Below, in pieces: positions 14,601-30,090 of a stretch of DNA of 64,000 nucleotides. The DNA lies in contig OZ024740.1 in NCBI GenBank assembly GCA_964016885.1, positions 75,020,001 through 75,084,000 on the forward strand, in the 5' to 3' direction. A model generated the notes under the pieces. It had not been told where the DNA came from, searched no databases, and worked only from the letters and a program-made list of their open reading frames with translations. Position 1 is the stretch's first letter, and every line of letters starts with the position of its first letter. A program made the translations under genes and the position numbers. The DNA comes from Eledone cirrhosa. Lineage: Eukaryota.

Positions 14601-14844
14601 GGAGGTGAGTTTTATTGTAGCACAATAAAGCAATGCAAATATCGGATAAGTAGCACTCAACGGTTTATAGGACTGGAGTATAAATAATATAAAATCAAAA
14701 GATGGTTAAAAGAGTTCCATGTATTTTATTATGCGCATTTTCAAAAACAATATCTGATGAGAGCGCAGATATCATCCCATGATGATATTTGTTTTTGAAA
14801 TGCGCATAATAAAATACATGGAACTCTTTTATCCATCTTTTGAT

Positions 14845-14848
<4 letters not shown>
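14597..14848. mobile_element. Fold-back HHR element; HHR at 14751-14811 (+)
   Basis: TAT-CTGATGA-stem II-GAAAT-GCGC-ATA-ATA; arms ~14686-14754 and ~14784-14848. Confidence 0.7.
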
Positions 14849-14875
<27 letters not shown>

Positions 14876-15157
14876 ATAATGGTTTCTTATATAGGCACAA
14901 GGCCACCAATGACTGGTACTTTATTTTATCGACCCCATAAGGATGAAAGGCAAAGTTAACCTGGGGCGGGATTTGATAGTATTAATAATAACAAAAAGGA
15001 CTATTTATGTCTTCATTATGTTTATTGAGTAGTGACTCGGGTTTCGCTATTGATCAGCTCATGGTTCGATCTGTATCGATCTAGCCTGACTCTGGAATCA
15101 AAAGTTCGTCGGACTTCTGTTGTGGTAATGAACCTACAGTAACTGGACGTTACAATC

Positions 15158-15235
<78 letters not shown>

Positions 15236-15253
15236 TATATATATATATATATA

Positions 15254-15320
15254 TTGGTGTAATGGTAGCACAGTGGTCTGGATAACCCAAGATGTAGGTT
15301 CGACTCCCATGTACGTCAAT
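15254..15320 (+). other. tRNA-derived head of a repeat (not a functional tRNA)
   Basis: A box TGGTGTAATGG and B box GGTTCGACTCC; acceptor stem incomplete. Downstream sequence recurs rearranged at 16922-17232. Confidence 0.45.
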
Positions 15321-15709
15321 ACTCATCTTTTTTCATTTACCTGAGGGTTCTAAACCCCATTATCAGACTAAAATTTCTTTAGTCAAAATACGGTGAAAGC
15401 TATTCTATTTTCTAATTTCAAAACCTGCTCACTGTTTCAAAACATACTTACATATAGAGCTCCGGCCTAACTAAGCCACCAGTATAGAGGTAGTCCTGAC
15501 TCTTTTACTATATATATATATATAACGAAGGAGTTGTGGTAAGGGACCAGATGGACCATAACGCATCAGAGTACTCAATACTTAGGGTAGTAGAGTGGGT
15601 AATAGGAAAATGTATGACCCCCGACGGCAGAGTTCAAGCCGTTTCGACGGCTATTTCTGGAAATAGCCGTCGAAACGACTTGAGCTCTGCCGTCGGGGTC
15701 ATACAGTTT

Positions 15710-15793
<84 letters not shown>

Positions 15794-16049
15794 TGACGGT
15801 GTGTGATCTTTCTTTTACTCTCTATATCTTCCCCTATTTTTATACACGCATACACACACACATACACACACAGACACACGCTCTCACATACACACATATA
15901 TACATATTTGTAGTTTCAGTGACTTCCATAGATATTACCCGGAATATATATATCTTGGTCCTCAACATGGGGTGGCGGAGACGGTGGGTCTTGGGTATTT
16001 TGAACCCGGTGGAATGTATCTCTTTCAGAATGTATCTCTTTCTGTCACG

Positions 16050-16141
<92 letters not shown>

Positions 16142-16335
16142 CGATATCCCAGTACTCAACTAGTACTCTATTTATCGATCTCGAAAGAATTAAAGGCAAA
16201 ATGAACCTTGGTGGGATTTGAACTCAGAACGAACGCAACCGGAACTAGCAGCGAGGAATTTTAAAGCCGACGGTCGATAGTCTCTGCCAATTTGCCGCCT
16301 TATAAACACACAGACGCAGACACAGACGCACAAAT

Positions 16336-16415
<80 letters not shown>

Positions 16416-16747
16416 AAGTGAGTCCTTCATCAGTGACCCTCCAACCGTCCTGGGCATTTCATCGCTTTAAGGGCCATATGCCTCGGGTTGGTGCGAACAA
16501 CGGCTAAAAAAAGTCGTTGGGACACGTAAATAAAGGGGGACGCCAGAGTAACAACAAAAAAGTTTTAGCAACGGAAAGTGAGTAGAAATAGACAAGTCCC
16601 AGATCTCTATGAATATAAACTCTGTGAAATCGTGAACAAGAGACAAAAGACCATCAAACCTGGTTGAAATGTGAGCATACACTCACACATATACATAATA
16701 CATATATATATATATATATATACATATATATATACATATATATATAC

Positions 16748-16881
<134 letters not shown>

Positions 16882-17237
16882 ATACATATATATACATATG
16901 TATACATATATGACAAGTAAGTATGTTTTGAAACTGAGCAGGTTTGAAATTAGAAAATATAATAGTTTTCACCGTATTTTTTGACTAAAGAAAATTTAGT
17001 CTGATAATTGGGTTTAGAACCTCCCATGTACGTCAAAACTCATCTTTTTCCATTTATCTGAGGGTTCTAAACCCTATTATTAGACTAACTTTGCCTTTCA
17101 TCCTTACGGGGTCGATAAAAAAAGCACCAGTAATGTACTGAGTAATTGCTGGCCTTGTGCCAAAAGTTGAAACAATTATTAGACTAAAATTTCTTTAGTC
17201 AAAAAATACGGTGAAAGCTATTCTATTTTCTAATATA

Positions 17238-17358
<121 letters not shown>

Positions 17359-17834
17359 GGAGAGAGAGAGAGAACGAGAGAGAGAGAGAGGGAGGGAGAG
17401 AGAGAGTGACAGAGAGAGAGAGTGAGAGAGAGGGGGCGCAGTAAGCGTGACGTGTGCATAAGCGGGCAACATGTGTGACACTAGGAGTGAACCCCGTTGA
17501 GAAAGAAATATTGCAGGAAACCCCAATAAAAGAAGTGTTTCCTGAAAAACAGAGAATCAGCGGAGAATGAGGAAGAGTAGAAAGATAAGCAGGAGGCTGT
17601 AAGACGTCAGATAAAGTGCGTATAAGACAGTGAATTGCAGCTGTTGTTGATGTGATCCAGTGTCATATGTGATGAGGTCAAGGAAGCAAATGCTTTCAGA
17701 AATCGGTATTGTATATATATATTATCAAAGATAAGCAGTGACACTCACACAATCACGTACACACGTTTACGTAAAAGCCCGCATACAGAATACACATTTG
17801 CATAACATATGAGTGAATGTGTGAAAATATATGC

Positions 17835-17865
<31 letters not shown>

Positions 17866-17903
17866 CACACTATATATATATATATATACACACAGACACA
17901 CCC

Positions 17904-18003
<100 letters not shown>

Positions 18004-18107
18004 TACACACTATATATATATATATTATACATGCATATATATATGCATGTATATATATATATATATGCATATATACCTATATATGTATATATATATATTT
18101 ACATATA

Positions 18108-18177
<70 letters not shown>

Positions 18178-18347
18178 AATTGTTTCTACATTTGGCACAA
18201 GGCTAGCAATAATTCCAGTGCATTACTGGTACTTTATTTTATCGACCCCGTAAGGATGAAAGGCAAAGTTAACCTCAGCAGGATTTGAACTCAGATCAGA
18301 AAGGGGAGTATGTCATATATATACATATATATATATAGAATATATAT

Positions 18348-18440
<93 letters not shown>

Positions 18441-18506
18441 TATATATATACATATATATACACATATATACACATATATATACATATGTGTATATAGAAT
18501 ATATAT

Positions 18507-18635
<129 letters not shown>

Positions 18636-18640
18636 CATAC

Positions 18641-18700
<60 letters not shown>

Positions 18701-18706
<6 letters not shown>

Positions 18707-19856
18707 AAGAACACAAGAGCGTCTACAACATCAAAAGATTTTTATTGGCTAACAATGTTTCTTCCTTACGTAACCGTAGGATTCATCAGAGCTATAAAAG
18801 GGGTTTGATTGGTGTTATGGACTCTACCAACCATACACCCAAGAACAAAGAGTAAAGAGAGTAAAGAGCAAAAGTAGGGGACGATAAGTCTAATTTTGGT
18901 GCGGGAGGGTGGGGTGTTGGTCCTTGTTTACTAGCTGCGGTCATATTCATTCCCGGGAGTCGGGTGGTTAGCTGAACCATAGATGGGGTGGCGTCGATAG
19001 TATGGTGCAGAGGGTGCGCAGAGGCTACACAAACACAAAGGGCGTAGAATACATATATACATATATCGGAGGAGAAGGTACATGAGGTAATTAGAAATGG
19101 AAAAAGAGTAATAATAATAATCTATAATTAATAGTGTATAATAAGGCATGGGGAAGATTACACTATAATAAGGTATAAAGGTAAGAATAAGGTAAAATAT
19201 AAAGGAGGATAAAAGTGGAAATAATAATAAAGATAAAAAAATATATATATAGAGAATATATAAGGAAATATAAGCGAATATTTGGAGGGGAAAACACAAT
19301 GTAAAAAACCGATTTTTTTCAAACAATAATAAAAATATAATAATTATAGGGGGAGAAAACGGGATAGAGAAATATGATCAAGTGTGATTCGTTGAGAGAA
19401 TATAAGATGATAATAGTTATGGACATAACTAATATCATCTTATATTCTCTCAACGAATCACACTTGATCATATTTCTCTATCCTGTTTTCTCCCCCCATA
19501 ATTATTATATTTTTATTATTGTTTGAAAAAAATCGGTTTTTTACATTGTGTTTTCCCCTCCAAATATTCGCTTATATTTCCTTATATATTCTCTATATAT
19601 ATATTTTTTTATCTTTATTATTATTTCCACTTTTATCCTCCTTTATATTTTACCTTATTCTTTTATAGTTCTGATGAATCCTACGGTTACACGTAAGGAA
19701 GAAACGTTGTTAGCCAATAAAAATCTTTTGATGTTGTAGACGCTCTTGTGTTCTTTTTCATATATACGGCTCTGCTCCAAAGCATAGAGCTAATTATTAT
19801 GCTGCCAATACCTTAACGGGACACGGGTATATAATACCTAACTCCTACTAACCTAA

Positions 19857-19860
<4 letters not shown>
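18701..19860. mobile_element. Nested fold-back HHR element; HHR at 19667-19715 (+) and its inverse near 18745-18795
   Basis: 18701-18800 inverts 19660-19762; ~19182-19412 inverts ~19433-19662. Core CTGATGA-ATCCTACG...CGTAAGGAA-GAAAC-GTT-GTT-AGC, then AATAAA. Confidence 0.75.
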
Positions 19861-19901
<41 letters not shown>

Positions 19902-20206
19902 TATATATATATATATATGTGTGTGTATATCTATATATCTATATACATATATGTATATATATGACAAACGCCCCTTTCTGATCTGAGTTCAAATCCTGCC
20001 GAGTGTGTGTGTGTCACCCAGTAAGGGGGAAGGTGAGAGGGTGTGAGTCCGACCATATTTATAAACTAAAGTATATACATTTATACATATAATATATACA
20101 TGGTGGAAGTCAAATCCTGTCCAGATTGCCTACGGCACTTCTTAAAGAGCAGCAGTAAATGAGAATAATAAATGAGAGCATGACTATTGCGAAGACAGGA
20201 TTGACG

Positions 20207-22835
20207 TGAGAACAGCAACGATAGGAGTAATACAAACACTGCAATAATAGGAGTAACTCGAATGTTGCAACAATCGGAGTAACACAATCAGTGCAACGAT
20301 AGGATATCAGAAACACTGCAAGGATAGGAGTAACACAAACACTGCAACGATAGGAGTATCAGAAACACTGAAACGATAGGAGTAACACAAACACTGGAAC
20401 GATAGGAGTATCAGAAACACTGAAACGATAGGAGTAACACACACACTGCAACGATAGGAGTATCAGAAACACTGCAACGATAGGAGTATCAGAAACACTG
20501 CAACGATAGGAGTAACACAAACACTGCAACGATAGGAGTATCACAAACACTGCAACTATAGGAGTAACACAAACACTGCAACGATAGGAGTATCAGAAAC
20601 ACTGCAACGATAGGAGTAACACAAACACTGCAACTATAGGAGTATCAGAAACACTGCAACTATAGGAGTATGAGAAACACTGCAACGGTAGGAGTATCAG
20701 AAACACTGCAACTATAGGAGTATCACAAACACTGCAACGATAGGAGTATCAGAAACACTGCAACGATAGGAGTAACACAAACACTGCAACGATAGGAGTA
20801 TCACAAACACTGCAACTATAGGAGTAACACAAACACTGCAACGATAGGAGTATCAGAAACACTGCAACGATAGGAGTAATACAAACACTGCAACTATAGG
20901 AGTATCAGAAACACTGCAACGATAGGAGTATGAGAAACACTGCAACGATAGGAGTATCAGAAACACTGCAACTATAGGAGTATCACAAACTCTGCAACGA
21001 TAGGAGTAACAGAAACACTGCAACTATAGGAGTAATACAAACACTGCAACTATAGGAGTAATACAAACCCTACAACGATAGGAGTAATACAAACACTGCA
21101 ACTATAGGAGTAATACAAACACTGCAACTATAGGAGTATCAGAAACACTGCAACTATAGGAGTAATACAAATACTGCAACGATAGGAGTAATACAAACAC
21201 TGCAACTATAGGAGTAACACAAACAATGCAACTATAGGAGTAATACAAACACTACAACTATAGGAGTAATACAAACACTGCAACTATAGGAGTAATACAA
21301 ACACTACAACTATAGGAGTAATACAAACACTGCAACGATAGGAGTAATATAAACACTGCAAATATAGGAGTAACACAAACACTGCAACGATAGGAGTAAT
21401 ACAAACACTGCAACTATAGGAGTAATACAAACACTGCAACTATAGCAATAATACAAACACTGCAACTATAGGAGTAATACAAACACTGCAACTATAGCAA
21501 TAATACAAACACTGCAACTATAGGAGTAATACAAACACTGCAACTATAGCAATAATACAAACACTGCAACTATAGGAGTAATACAAACACTGCAACTATA
21601 GCAATAATACAAACACTGCAACTATAGGAGTAATACAAACACTGCAACGATAGGAGTAATACAAACACTGCAAATATAGGAGTAACACAAACACTGCAAC
21701 TATAGGAGTAATACAAACACTGCAACTATAGGAGTAATACAAACACTGCAAATATAGGAGTAATACAAACACTGCAACTATAGGAGTAATACAAACACTG
21801 CAACTATAGGAGTAATACAAACACTGCAAATATAGGAGTAATACAAACACTGCAACTATAGGAGTAATACAAACACTGCAACGATAGGAGTAATACAAAC
21901 ACTGCAACTATAGGAGTAATACAAACACTGCAACTATAGGAGTAATACAAACACTGCAACTATAGGAGTAATACAAACACTGCAACTATAGGAGTAATAC
22001 AAACACTGCAAATATAGGAGTAATACAAACACTGCAACTATAGGAGTAATACAAACACTGCAAGTATAGGAGTAATACAAACACTGCAACTATAGGAGTA
22101 ATACAAACACTGCAAATATAGGAGTAATACAAACACTGCAACTATAGGAGTAATACAAACACTGCAACTATAGGAGTAATACAAACACTGCAACGATAGG
22201 AGTAATACAAACACTGCAACGATAGGAGTAATACAAACACTGCAACTATAGGAGTAATACAAACACTGCAACTATAGGAGTAATACAAACACTGCAACTA
22301 TAGGAGTAATACAAACACTGCAACTATAGGAGTAATACAAACACTGCAACTATAGGAGTAATACAAACACTGCAACTATAGGAGTAATACAAACACTGCA
22401 ACTATAGGAGTAATACAAACACTGCAACTATAGGAGTAATACAAACACTGCAACTATAGGAGTAATACAAACACTGCAACTATAGGAGTAATACAAACAC
22501 TGCAACTATAGGAGTAATACAAACACTGCAAATATAGGAGTAATACAAACACTGCAACTATAGGAGTAATACAAACACTGCAACTATAGGAGTAATACAA
22601 ACACTGCAACTATAGGAGTAATACAAACACTGCAACGATAGGAGTAATACAAACACTGCAACTATAGGAGTAATACAAACACTGCAACTATAGGAGTAAT
22701 ACAAACACTGCAAATATAGGAGTAATACAAACACTGCAACTATAGGAGTAATACAAACACTGCAACGATAGGAGTAATACAAACACTGCAAATATAGGAG
22801 TAATACAAACACTGCAACGATAGGAGTAATACAAA
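20207..22835. repeat. Satellite with 26-bp unit ACTGCAACTATAGGAGTAATACAAAC, about 100 copies
   Basis: Direct tandem periodicity with no unique spacers. Confidence 0.95.
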
Positions 22836-23709
22836 TGCCGTTTTTATATTAAACTTAGTAGATTAAGGATGTCACTTTTTACAAACAAACATCAGTTGGT
22901 TTCCCAATATTTTTAGGAACAATTTTAATTTCTTTAAGAAAATGTTCCCATTTTTTCCATAAAGAATTCCAGTCTTCTGATTTGGAATTCACTTTCTAAC
23001 TTGATCGTCACAGCAATTAATGGGCTTATTTTGTCTATCAGGTAATAAATAGTGACTTGCATTCATTCCATTTTAATTTGAGACGTATTAACTTTGTTCA
23101 AATGATCAATCATAATTGTTTCTACTTTAGGCACAAGACCAGCAATTATCTCAGTACATTACTGGTGCTTTATTTTATCGACCCCGTAAGGATGAAAGGT
23201 AAAGCTAACCTCAACAGGATTTGAACTGGGGACGTAAAGGGTCATAACTCTATGCTGCAAAGCATGGTGTCTGACGCTCTACCGATACTGCCAATCCACC
23301 AACAAACAACAAACGTGACGCTGCTCGACCAAAGTTGTTGTTGTTTTTGCTGCTGTTCATGAATGATGAATGCAAATGCAAAAAATAAAGAAATTCACTT
23401 GACCCTTCTCTAAAATATCAGACACATGGAAGGAACAGTATTGCTATTCCGAACGTATACGTTTCTTTATCAGTGAGATGATTTGAGAAGGGATGCTTTG
23501 AGAAGAAATCTACATCGTCATCAAAAGAGTAGTTATAAAACCACACACATGCACACGCAAACACAAACACACTCAAACATGTCAACGCATACACCCCTAT
23601 ATACACACATACATAGACATACGAACATACGACAAAGTACATATCCATCGATCTATCTGTATATTTGTCTGTCGTCGTATCTCTCTCTCTCCCTCTCTCT
23701 CTCCCCATC

Positions 23710-23786
<77 letters not shown>

Positions 23787-23799
23787 ATATATATATATA

Positions 23800-25456
23800 T
23801 AAACGAAATAAATGAAACGAAATTTCATTTCTCACTCTTAGTACGGCTGTTACTTAGATATAAGTATGTATACGTACATACATATATGTATACAGACGTA
23901 CAGTAGTATGTATATATATATATATACATACTACTGTAGGTCACCAGTTGGTGCTACTGGTAACATGTATCCCAGTACAACCTGTCTCATGGTCGGGTCG
24001 TTGGCGACTAAACTGGCAAGCCCACCAAGGTTTCTTGATGAAGAGGGTGACTTTGGACATCCTGCAGGACTAAAAACAAAACCTGTCAAAGGGCAAAAGG
24101 GCTCTTAAGAGTCAATGGCCATCCAAAATCACCGGGAGAGATGACCCCTTAGCCTTTGTCAAAGCAGAATTCTAAGAGAAGGAAAACTCTGATATAACAC
24201 CTGCAACCCTGATGGTATCCAATGATGTTGACTTGTTCTTCTTTTTGGTAAATATCATCTTGGTTAAGAGAGTGAGACTGGCTTTGTGCAGTGCCTTTGC
24301 TCACTATAAAAGCTTCACGGTACAGGCATTGCTTCATATCTGGAGATCTCTCTGCACTTGTCGTCACATGGTACCATGGGCCCAGCACTGTGTCAATAAT
24401 TGTCACAAGTGTAGTGTTTGTACCAGAGTTTTCAAGTCGCTGTCTGGACTAAAAAGTCACACTCGTTCAGCGCATCGGTAGGGGTTCTCCTACATGGATA
24501 TAAAGTAGTGGCCATACTTGAAAACGAGTTGGCAGCCACCATATATATACATACATGCACACATATATATATATATGTACGTATGGATTCACGGACCATT
24601 TATTATAATGCCCGGTGTGTTTGTAAACAAACATCCCAAATTAAGCCGTACAGTGTCTAGCAACCATCGTTGCTCATTTGTTCAACACTGACAAAGGAAC
24701 GGTGTATTAGTTTCAAGCTTATTAGCTATCGTCAGCAACGTATACCTTCCTGCCAGATAGTTGAACGTCTGAAAGTATATACTTTCCTTATGCATATTAA
24801 CGGCTGAGCAGCCTAATTTGCATATCGAGTGTTGAACAAATGAGCAACGATGGTTGCTAGACACTGTACGGCTTAATTCGGGATGTTTGTTTACAAACAC
24901 ACCGGGCATTATAATAAATGTTCGGTGAATCCATACGTACATATATATATGTGTGCATGTATGTATATATATATACATATTACTGTACGTCTGTATACAT
25001 ATATGTATGTACGTATACATACTTATATTTAAGTAACAGCCGTACTAATAGTGAGAAATGAAATTTCGTTTCATTTTTTCCGTTTATCGTTTTCTGTACC
25101 CCGGCCGATTAACTCACTCGATATGCAAATTAGGCTGCTCAGCCGTTAATATGCATAAGGAAAGTATATACTTTCAGACGTTCAACTATCGGGCAGGAAG
25201 GTATACGTTGCTGACGATAGCTAATAAGTTTGAAACTAGTACAGCGTTCCTTTGTCAGTGTTGAACAAATGAGGAACGATGGTTGCTAGACACTGTACGG
25301 CTTAATTCGGGCTGTTTGTTTACAAACACACCGGGCATTATAATAAATGTTCGGTGAATCCATACGTACATATATATATATATGTGTGCATGTATGTATA
25401 TATATATATACATACTACTGTACGTCTGTATACATATATGTATGTACGTATACATA

Positions 25457-25460
<4 letters not shown>
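23800..25460. mobile_element. Family A complex (direct, inverted and tandem units) interrupted by an RTE-like insert
   Basis: Sense switch near 24830; head-to-tail unit junction near 25080; HHR motifs near 24698-24742 (-) and 25205-25247 (+). Confidence 0.85.
23938..24540 (+). mobile_element. ~600-bp non-autonomous RTE-like element
   Basis: Encodes CHKCSVCTRVFKSLSGLKSHTRSAHR*; second copy at 9083-9680; ATATATATACATAC on both sides may be a TSD. Confidence 0.65.
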
Positions 25461-25493
<33 letters not shown>

Positions 25494-26932
25494 CTATATT
25501 TTTAACTGTTGTTCAGTCAATGATAAACATTAATTGCCAGCTAAATTAACTATAGGGATATAAAATATACGGAAGCGAAAACCAACCAAATCAAACAGTG
25601 AATGCGTTTTATTATATATTTCTCGAAATATTATAACAACATGACCCTCCACGAATATAACAATATATATATTATATATGAGAAGGTATATATATCTCTG
25701 TACGGGTATAGATACACGTATAAATACATACATACAGGGTGTCCATCTTATACTGAGTTTGGTTCAATGAGATAGTTAATTATATTAACAGATTCAGAGC
25801 CTAATAATATGATATATGGAAAAACCAAACAAGTTAAGACAAAAATCTTTACCTACTCACTTTAATGTCCCTACTGCAGTTTCATTAGGAAAATAATGGT
25901 ATTCTGAATGGAATATCGGGAGAAATCCTAAATCATCAGGAGAGTTTCTCAGTCCAGATATAAAATTCAAGAGAGGAATTCACAACCGTTCGCTGTCAGT
26001 GAAAATTTCGAATGAAAGAATTATCACGTGACAAGTGACAGGAGGGTAGCATAGTGGACTATGGCAGCATGCTACTCGCCGAGATTAACTTTGCCTTTCA
26101 TCTTTACGGGGGCGATAAAATAAAGTACCAGTAATGTACTGCGTAATTGCTGGTCTTGTGCCAAAAGTAGAAACAATTATTACTCTACCAAAGGAGTGAA
26201 TTGGCAGTATCGGAAGAGGATCGGACATGATTTCCAGCGTAGTTACGTCCCTTTACGATCTGAGTTCAAATCCCGCCGAGGTTAACTTTGCCTTTCATCC
26301 TTACGGGGTCGATAAAATAAAGTACCTGTAATACACTAGGATAATTGCTGGCCTTGTGCCAAAAGTAGAAACAATTATATACTGAGCTATATATATATAT
26401 CTATATATATCTATACGCGTACAGATATATATATTGTTATATTTGGGTAGGGTCATGTTATATGAGTATATAAAAGTGAATATGAATACTAATATATTTT
26501 AAATACGTTTCCTTGAAATTGATGGAATGATATACAAGCCTTTAATGATGGCACAATTAGGTCCGAAAATCGATTAAAGGTGTTTATCATATTTTCAATT
26601 TACGGGCAAATTTGTAATTTTCTAGCATGTTTACAAGCCTACATATTAGATATGTGTATATTTACATATACACTGGTGCAGTTTCTGTTAACTATATATA
26701 TATATATATATATATAAAATATTAAAAAAATAATGAATAAAACAATATTGTTTTATTCATTATTTTTTTAATATTTTATCTTGACTCTGTATTCCGTTTA
26801 TCTTTCACCGAAAGTGATTTTTCATTGCATCTCTTCTTTCCATGATATCCGGATTACATTGAGTTCTTCATACGGATTGGACACTACCGTAAACTCTTGG
26901 TAGATTTATCTACATATCTATATATATATATA

Positions 26933-27161
26933 TATTTATCATCCAATTATCCACAAGAAAACATGTATTTCATGGGGTATAAATGCATACACACACGCGC
27001 GCACGCACGCACACAGACACACACACAGACACACACACACACACACACACACACAGATATATATATATATGTGTGTGTGTGCGCGCGTGCGCGCGCGCGT
27101 GTGTGTATGCATTTATACCCCATGAAATACATGTTTTCTTGTGGATAATTGGATGATAAAT
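26933..27161. repeat. Palindrome with microsatellite centre
   Basis: ATTTATCATCCAATTATCC...GCGCGC arms are perfectly inverted around (CA)n(TA)n(TG)n. Confidence 0.9.
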
Positions 27162-27433
27162 ACGTTTTCTGATAAGGGAACAATAGGATCTGAAAATCGA
27201 TTAAAATCTATCTTTTTTTTCAATATACTGGAGCATTCGTATTTTCTGATATGTTTACATGCCTACACATGAGATATGTGTATATATTTTTACACGTTAG
27301 TGCAATCTCGGTTATACACTCTGTATATAACTTTATCATGCACTTCGGCTGCTGCCGCACTTCTTACTATATGTATATATATATATATATATGTGTATAT
27401 ATATATATATATACATATAGTAACCCCCCCCCC

Positions 27434-27493
<60 letters not shown>

Positions 27494-27497
<4 letters not shown>

Positions 27498-27907
27498 GGT
27501 GTTGGATGCTTAAAGCGTCCGTATGCGGTAGGCCGCATGAGCACTCGATGCTCTCATAGAGCAGAGTATGATATCACAGAAAAAAGGGAATCAGTGTTGC
27601 GACGAATGAAATTTATTGGACATATTACAATCGTTTCTCTGGCGACCAGTTTGAAGCACGTTCGATGTGATGATCGAACCTGATTCTGAAAATCGCAAGG
27701 TCCTCAGATACGTCTTGATTCTACGAAGCAGATTTTCCTAAGATAGAAAAATCTGCTTCGTAGAATCAAGACGTATCTGAGGACCTTGCGATTTTCAAAG
27801 TCAGGTTCGAATATCACATCGATCGTGCCTCGAGCTGGTCGCCAGAGAAACGATTGTAATATGTCCAATAAATTCCATTCGTCGCAACACTGATTCCCTT
27901 TTTTTCT

Positions 27908-27912
<5 letters not shown>
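27494..27912. mobile_element. Family F fold-back; HHR-like motif at 27770-27865 (+) with enlarged stem II
   Basis: ~165-bp inverted arms. GACGTAT-CTGAGGA-(~63 nt)-GAAAC-GATT-GTA-ATATGTC, then AATAAA. Confidence 0.75.
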
Positions 27913-27947
<35 letters not shown>

Positions 27948-29175
27948 CATACAGTAAACCTCCCCCCATATATATATATGTATATACATATAGTAACCCT
28001 CCCCCCATATATATATATATATATACATATAGTAAACCCACCCCCATATATATATATATATATATATAGTGATATATATAGAGAGAGAATGAATATAAAT
28101 ATATGTACCCAGATGCCTATATATTATTAATTCTGACAGTTTCATGGGACGACTTTAGAAAGACACTTTTGAATCTACAGTAGGAGGCAGAGATAATTCT
28201 GTTTAATGCACACACACACATGTACATGCGCACACATTCATCCACACATGCATACATGCGTTCATACATATATACGTACATCTATATAAACCCACATACA
28301 TAATACGTACACATTTCCATCCATACGAACATTCACATACATACATACATACATACATGCACACATGTATAGATACGTACATACTTACATGCATACATAC
28401 ATGCGTACATACATACGTACATACATACATATATACATACATACTTGCATGCATGCTTACATACATACATACACACACACATATATATATATATACATAC
28501 ATACGTTCATACGTACATATATATATACATACATGCATACATACATATATATATATATATATACATGCATAATACTGCTGTAACTGAGACAAACATTTAC
28601 ATACACACACATCAATTCATGCATGCATAGATATCTCCATACATACGTACGTATATATACACCTACACATATAATAAATACACACATCCGTCTATATATA
28701 TATATACGGCCACGCACATACATCCGTCCATGCATACATACATAGATATATATATACTTAGATGCATACACGCATAAAAATATACATACATACACTTACC
28801 CCCCCCCCCCCCCACATAATACATATATGCATACATAGTTGCACACATAAACACATACGCACATACACAGTCATTGCCCACATTTTTAGGTTTAAAAGGA
28901 AAACAGCTAAAATCTCGAAGAACGAAGCAGTACGTTTCCTACGCAGCACTGCTGAATATATCTTTGTCACTCTGCTGTCATTAAAATGTCAAGGCAGAAG
29001 AACTGAACCCTGGCCTCTCTCGGTAGTCTTGGTATTTATATTATCCAGCAACGCTTCCCTAAAACACCCACACACAAGCTCACATACACGCTTCCCACGT
29101 CTCTCTCTCTATATATATATACACACACATATATGTATATATATACATATATGATATATACATAGACACTCACAC

Positions 29176-29242
<67 letters not shown>

Positions 29243-29246
<4 letters not shown>

Positions 29247-30068
29247 AGAAAGTATGACCCCGACGGCAGAGCTCAAGCCGTTACGACGGCTATTTCTGGA
29301 CTAAAGTAAGAGTTTTTTTAGTCTGGTAAATAAATAGCCGAACTTTTCAAGGGGTACTTCCTTATATGGGAAGATTGTAGTTGTCAAGAGGATTGGTCAA
29401 AATTTGTAGCAGACACAGAAAAGTCTATCATGGCAGTGGGTGCAAGGTGGGGATGGCTGAACTTGCCTGTAGAACGATAGGTAGAGCCGGTCAAGCGTAG
29501 AAGGTGAAATCTACACGTCAAATTCTTAGTTTTTGCTTTATTTCACTTCTCACTTTCCAATCTTACATTCTGATACTTCTTTCTCTCATTTTTTATTATA
29601 TTCTTTTTTATTATATTTTTTCATTGTCCCCTAATCGCATTTGATTTACTATTTCTATAACGTCCCTCCTCCACTTTCTATAGAAACCTTTTTTCGCCAA
29701 CCTCCTCTGGCCTACTTTCATACACATTCCTTAGAATTTGCCGTGTAGATTTCACCTTCTACGCTTGACCGGCTCTACCCACTTCCCTATCGTTCTACAG
29801 GAAAGTTCAGCCACTCCCACTCCGCCACTCACTGCCATGATAGACTTTTCTGTGTCTGCTACAAATTTTGACCAATCCCCTCGACAACTACAATCTTCCC
29901 ATATAAAGAAGTACCCTTGAAAAGTTCGGCTATTTATTTACCAGACTAAAAAAACTCTTACTTTAGTCCAGAATAGCCGTCGAAATGGCTTGAGCTCTGC
30001 CGTCGAGGTCATACTTTCTCCTATTACCCACTCTACTACCATTAGGTTCCTTACCACAACTCCTTAGT
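29243..30068. mobile_element. Long family C fold-back
   Basis: ~29243-29525 inverts ~29735-30022; degenerate HHR core TTGAAAA...CGGCTATT...AATAGCCGTC-GAAA. Confidence 0.75.
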
Positions 30069-30090
30069 TATATATATATATAATATTTAG

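Noticed and set aside
15254-15320. Functional tRNA gene
   Set aside because: No complete acceptor stem, and it is embedded in a repeat.
20207-22835. CRISPR-like array or repetitive protein ORFs
   Set aside because: The units are contiguous with no unique spacers and no cas genes; the ORFs are by-products of the 26-bp period.
22836-23110. Possible L1/Tx1 ORF2 C-terminal relic on the minus strand
   Set aside because: The resemblance is too weak and interrupted to call.
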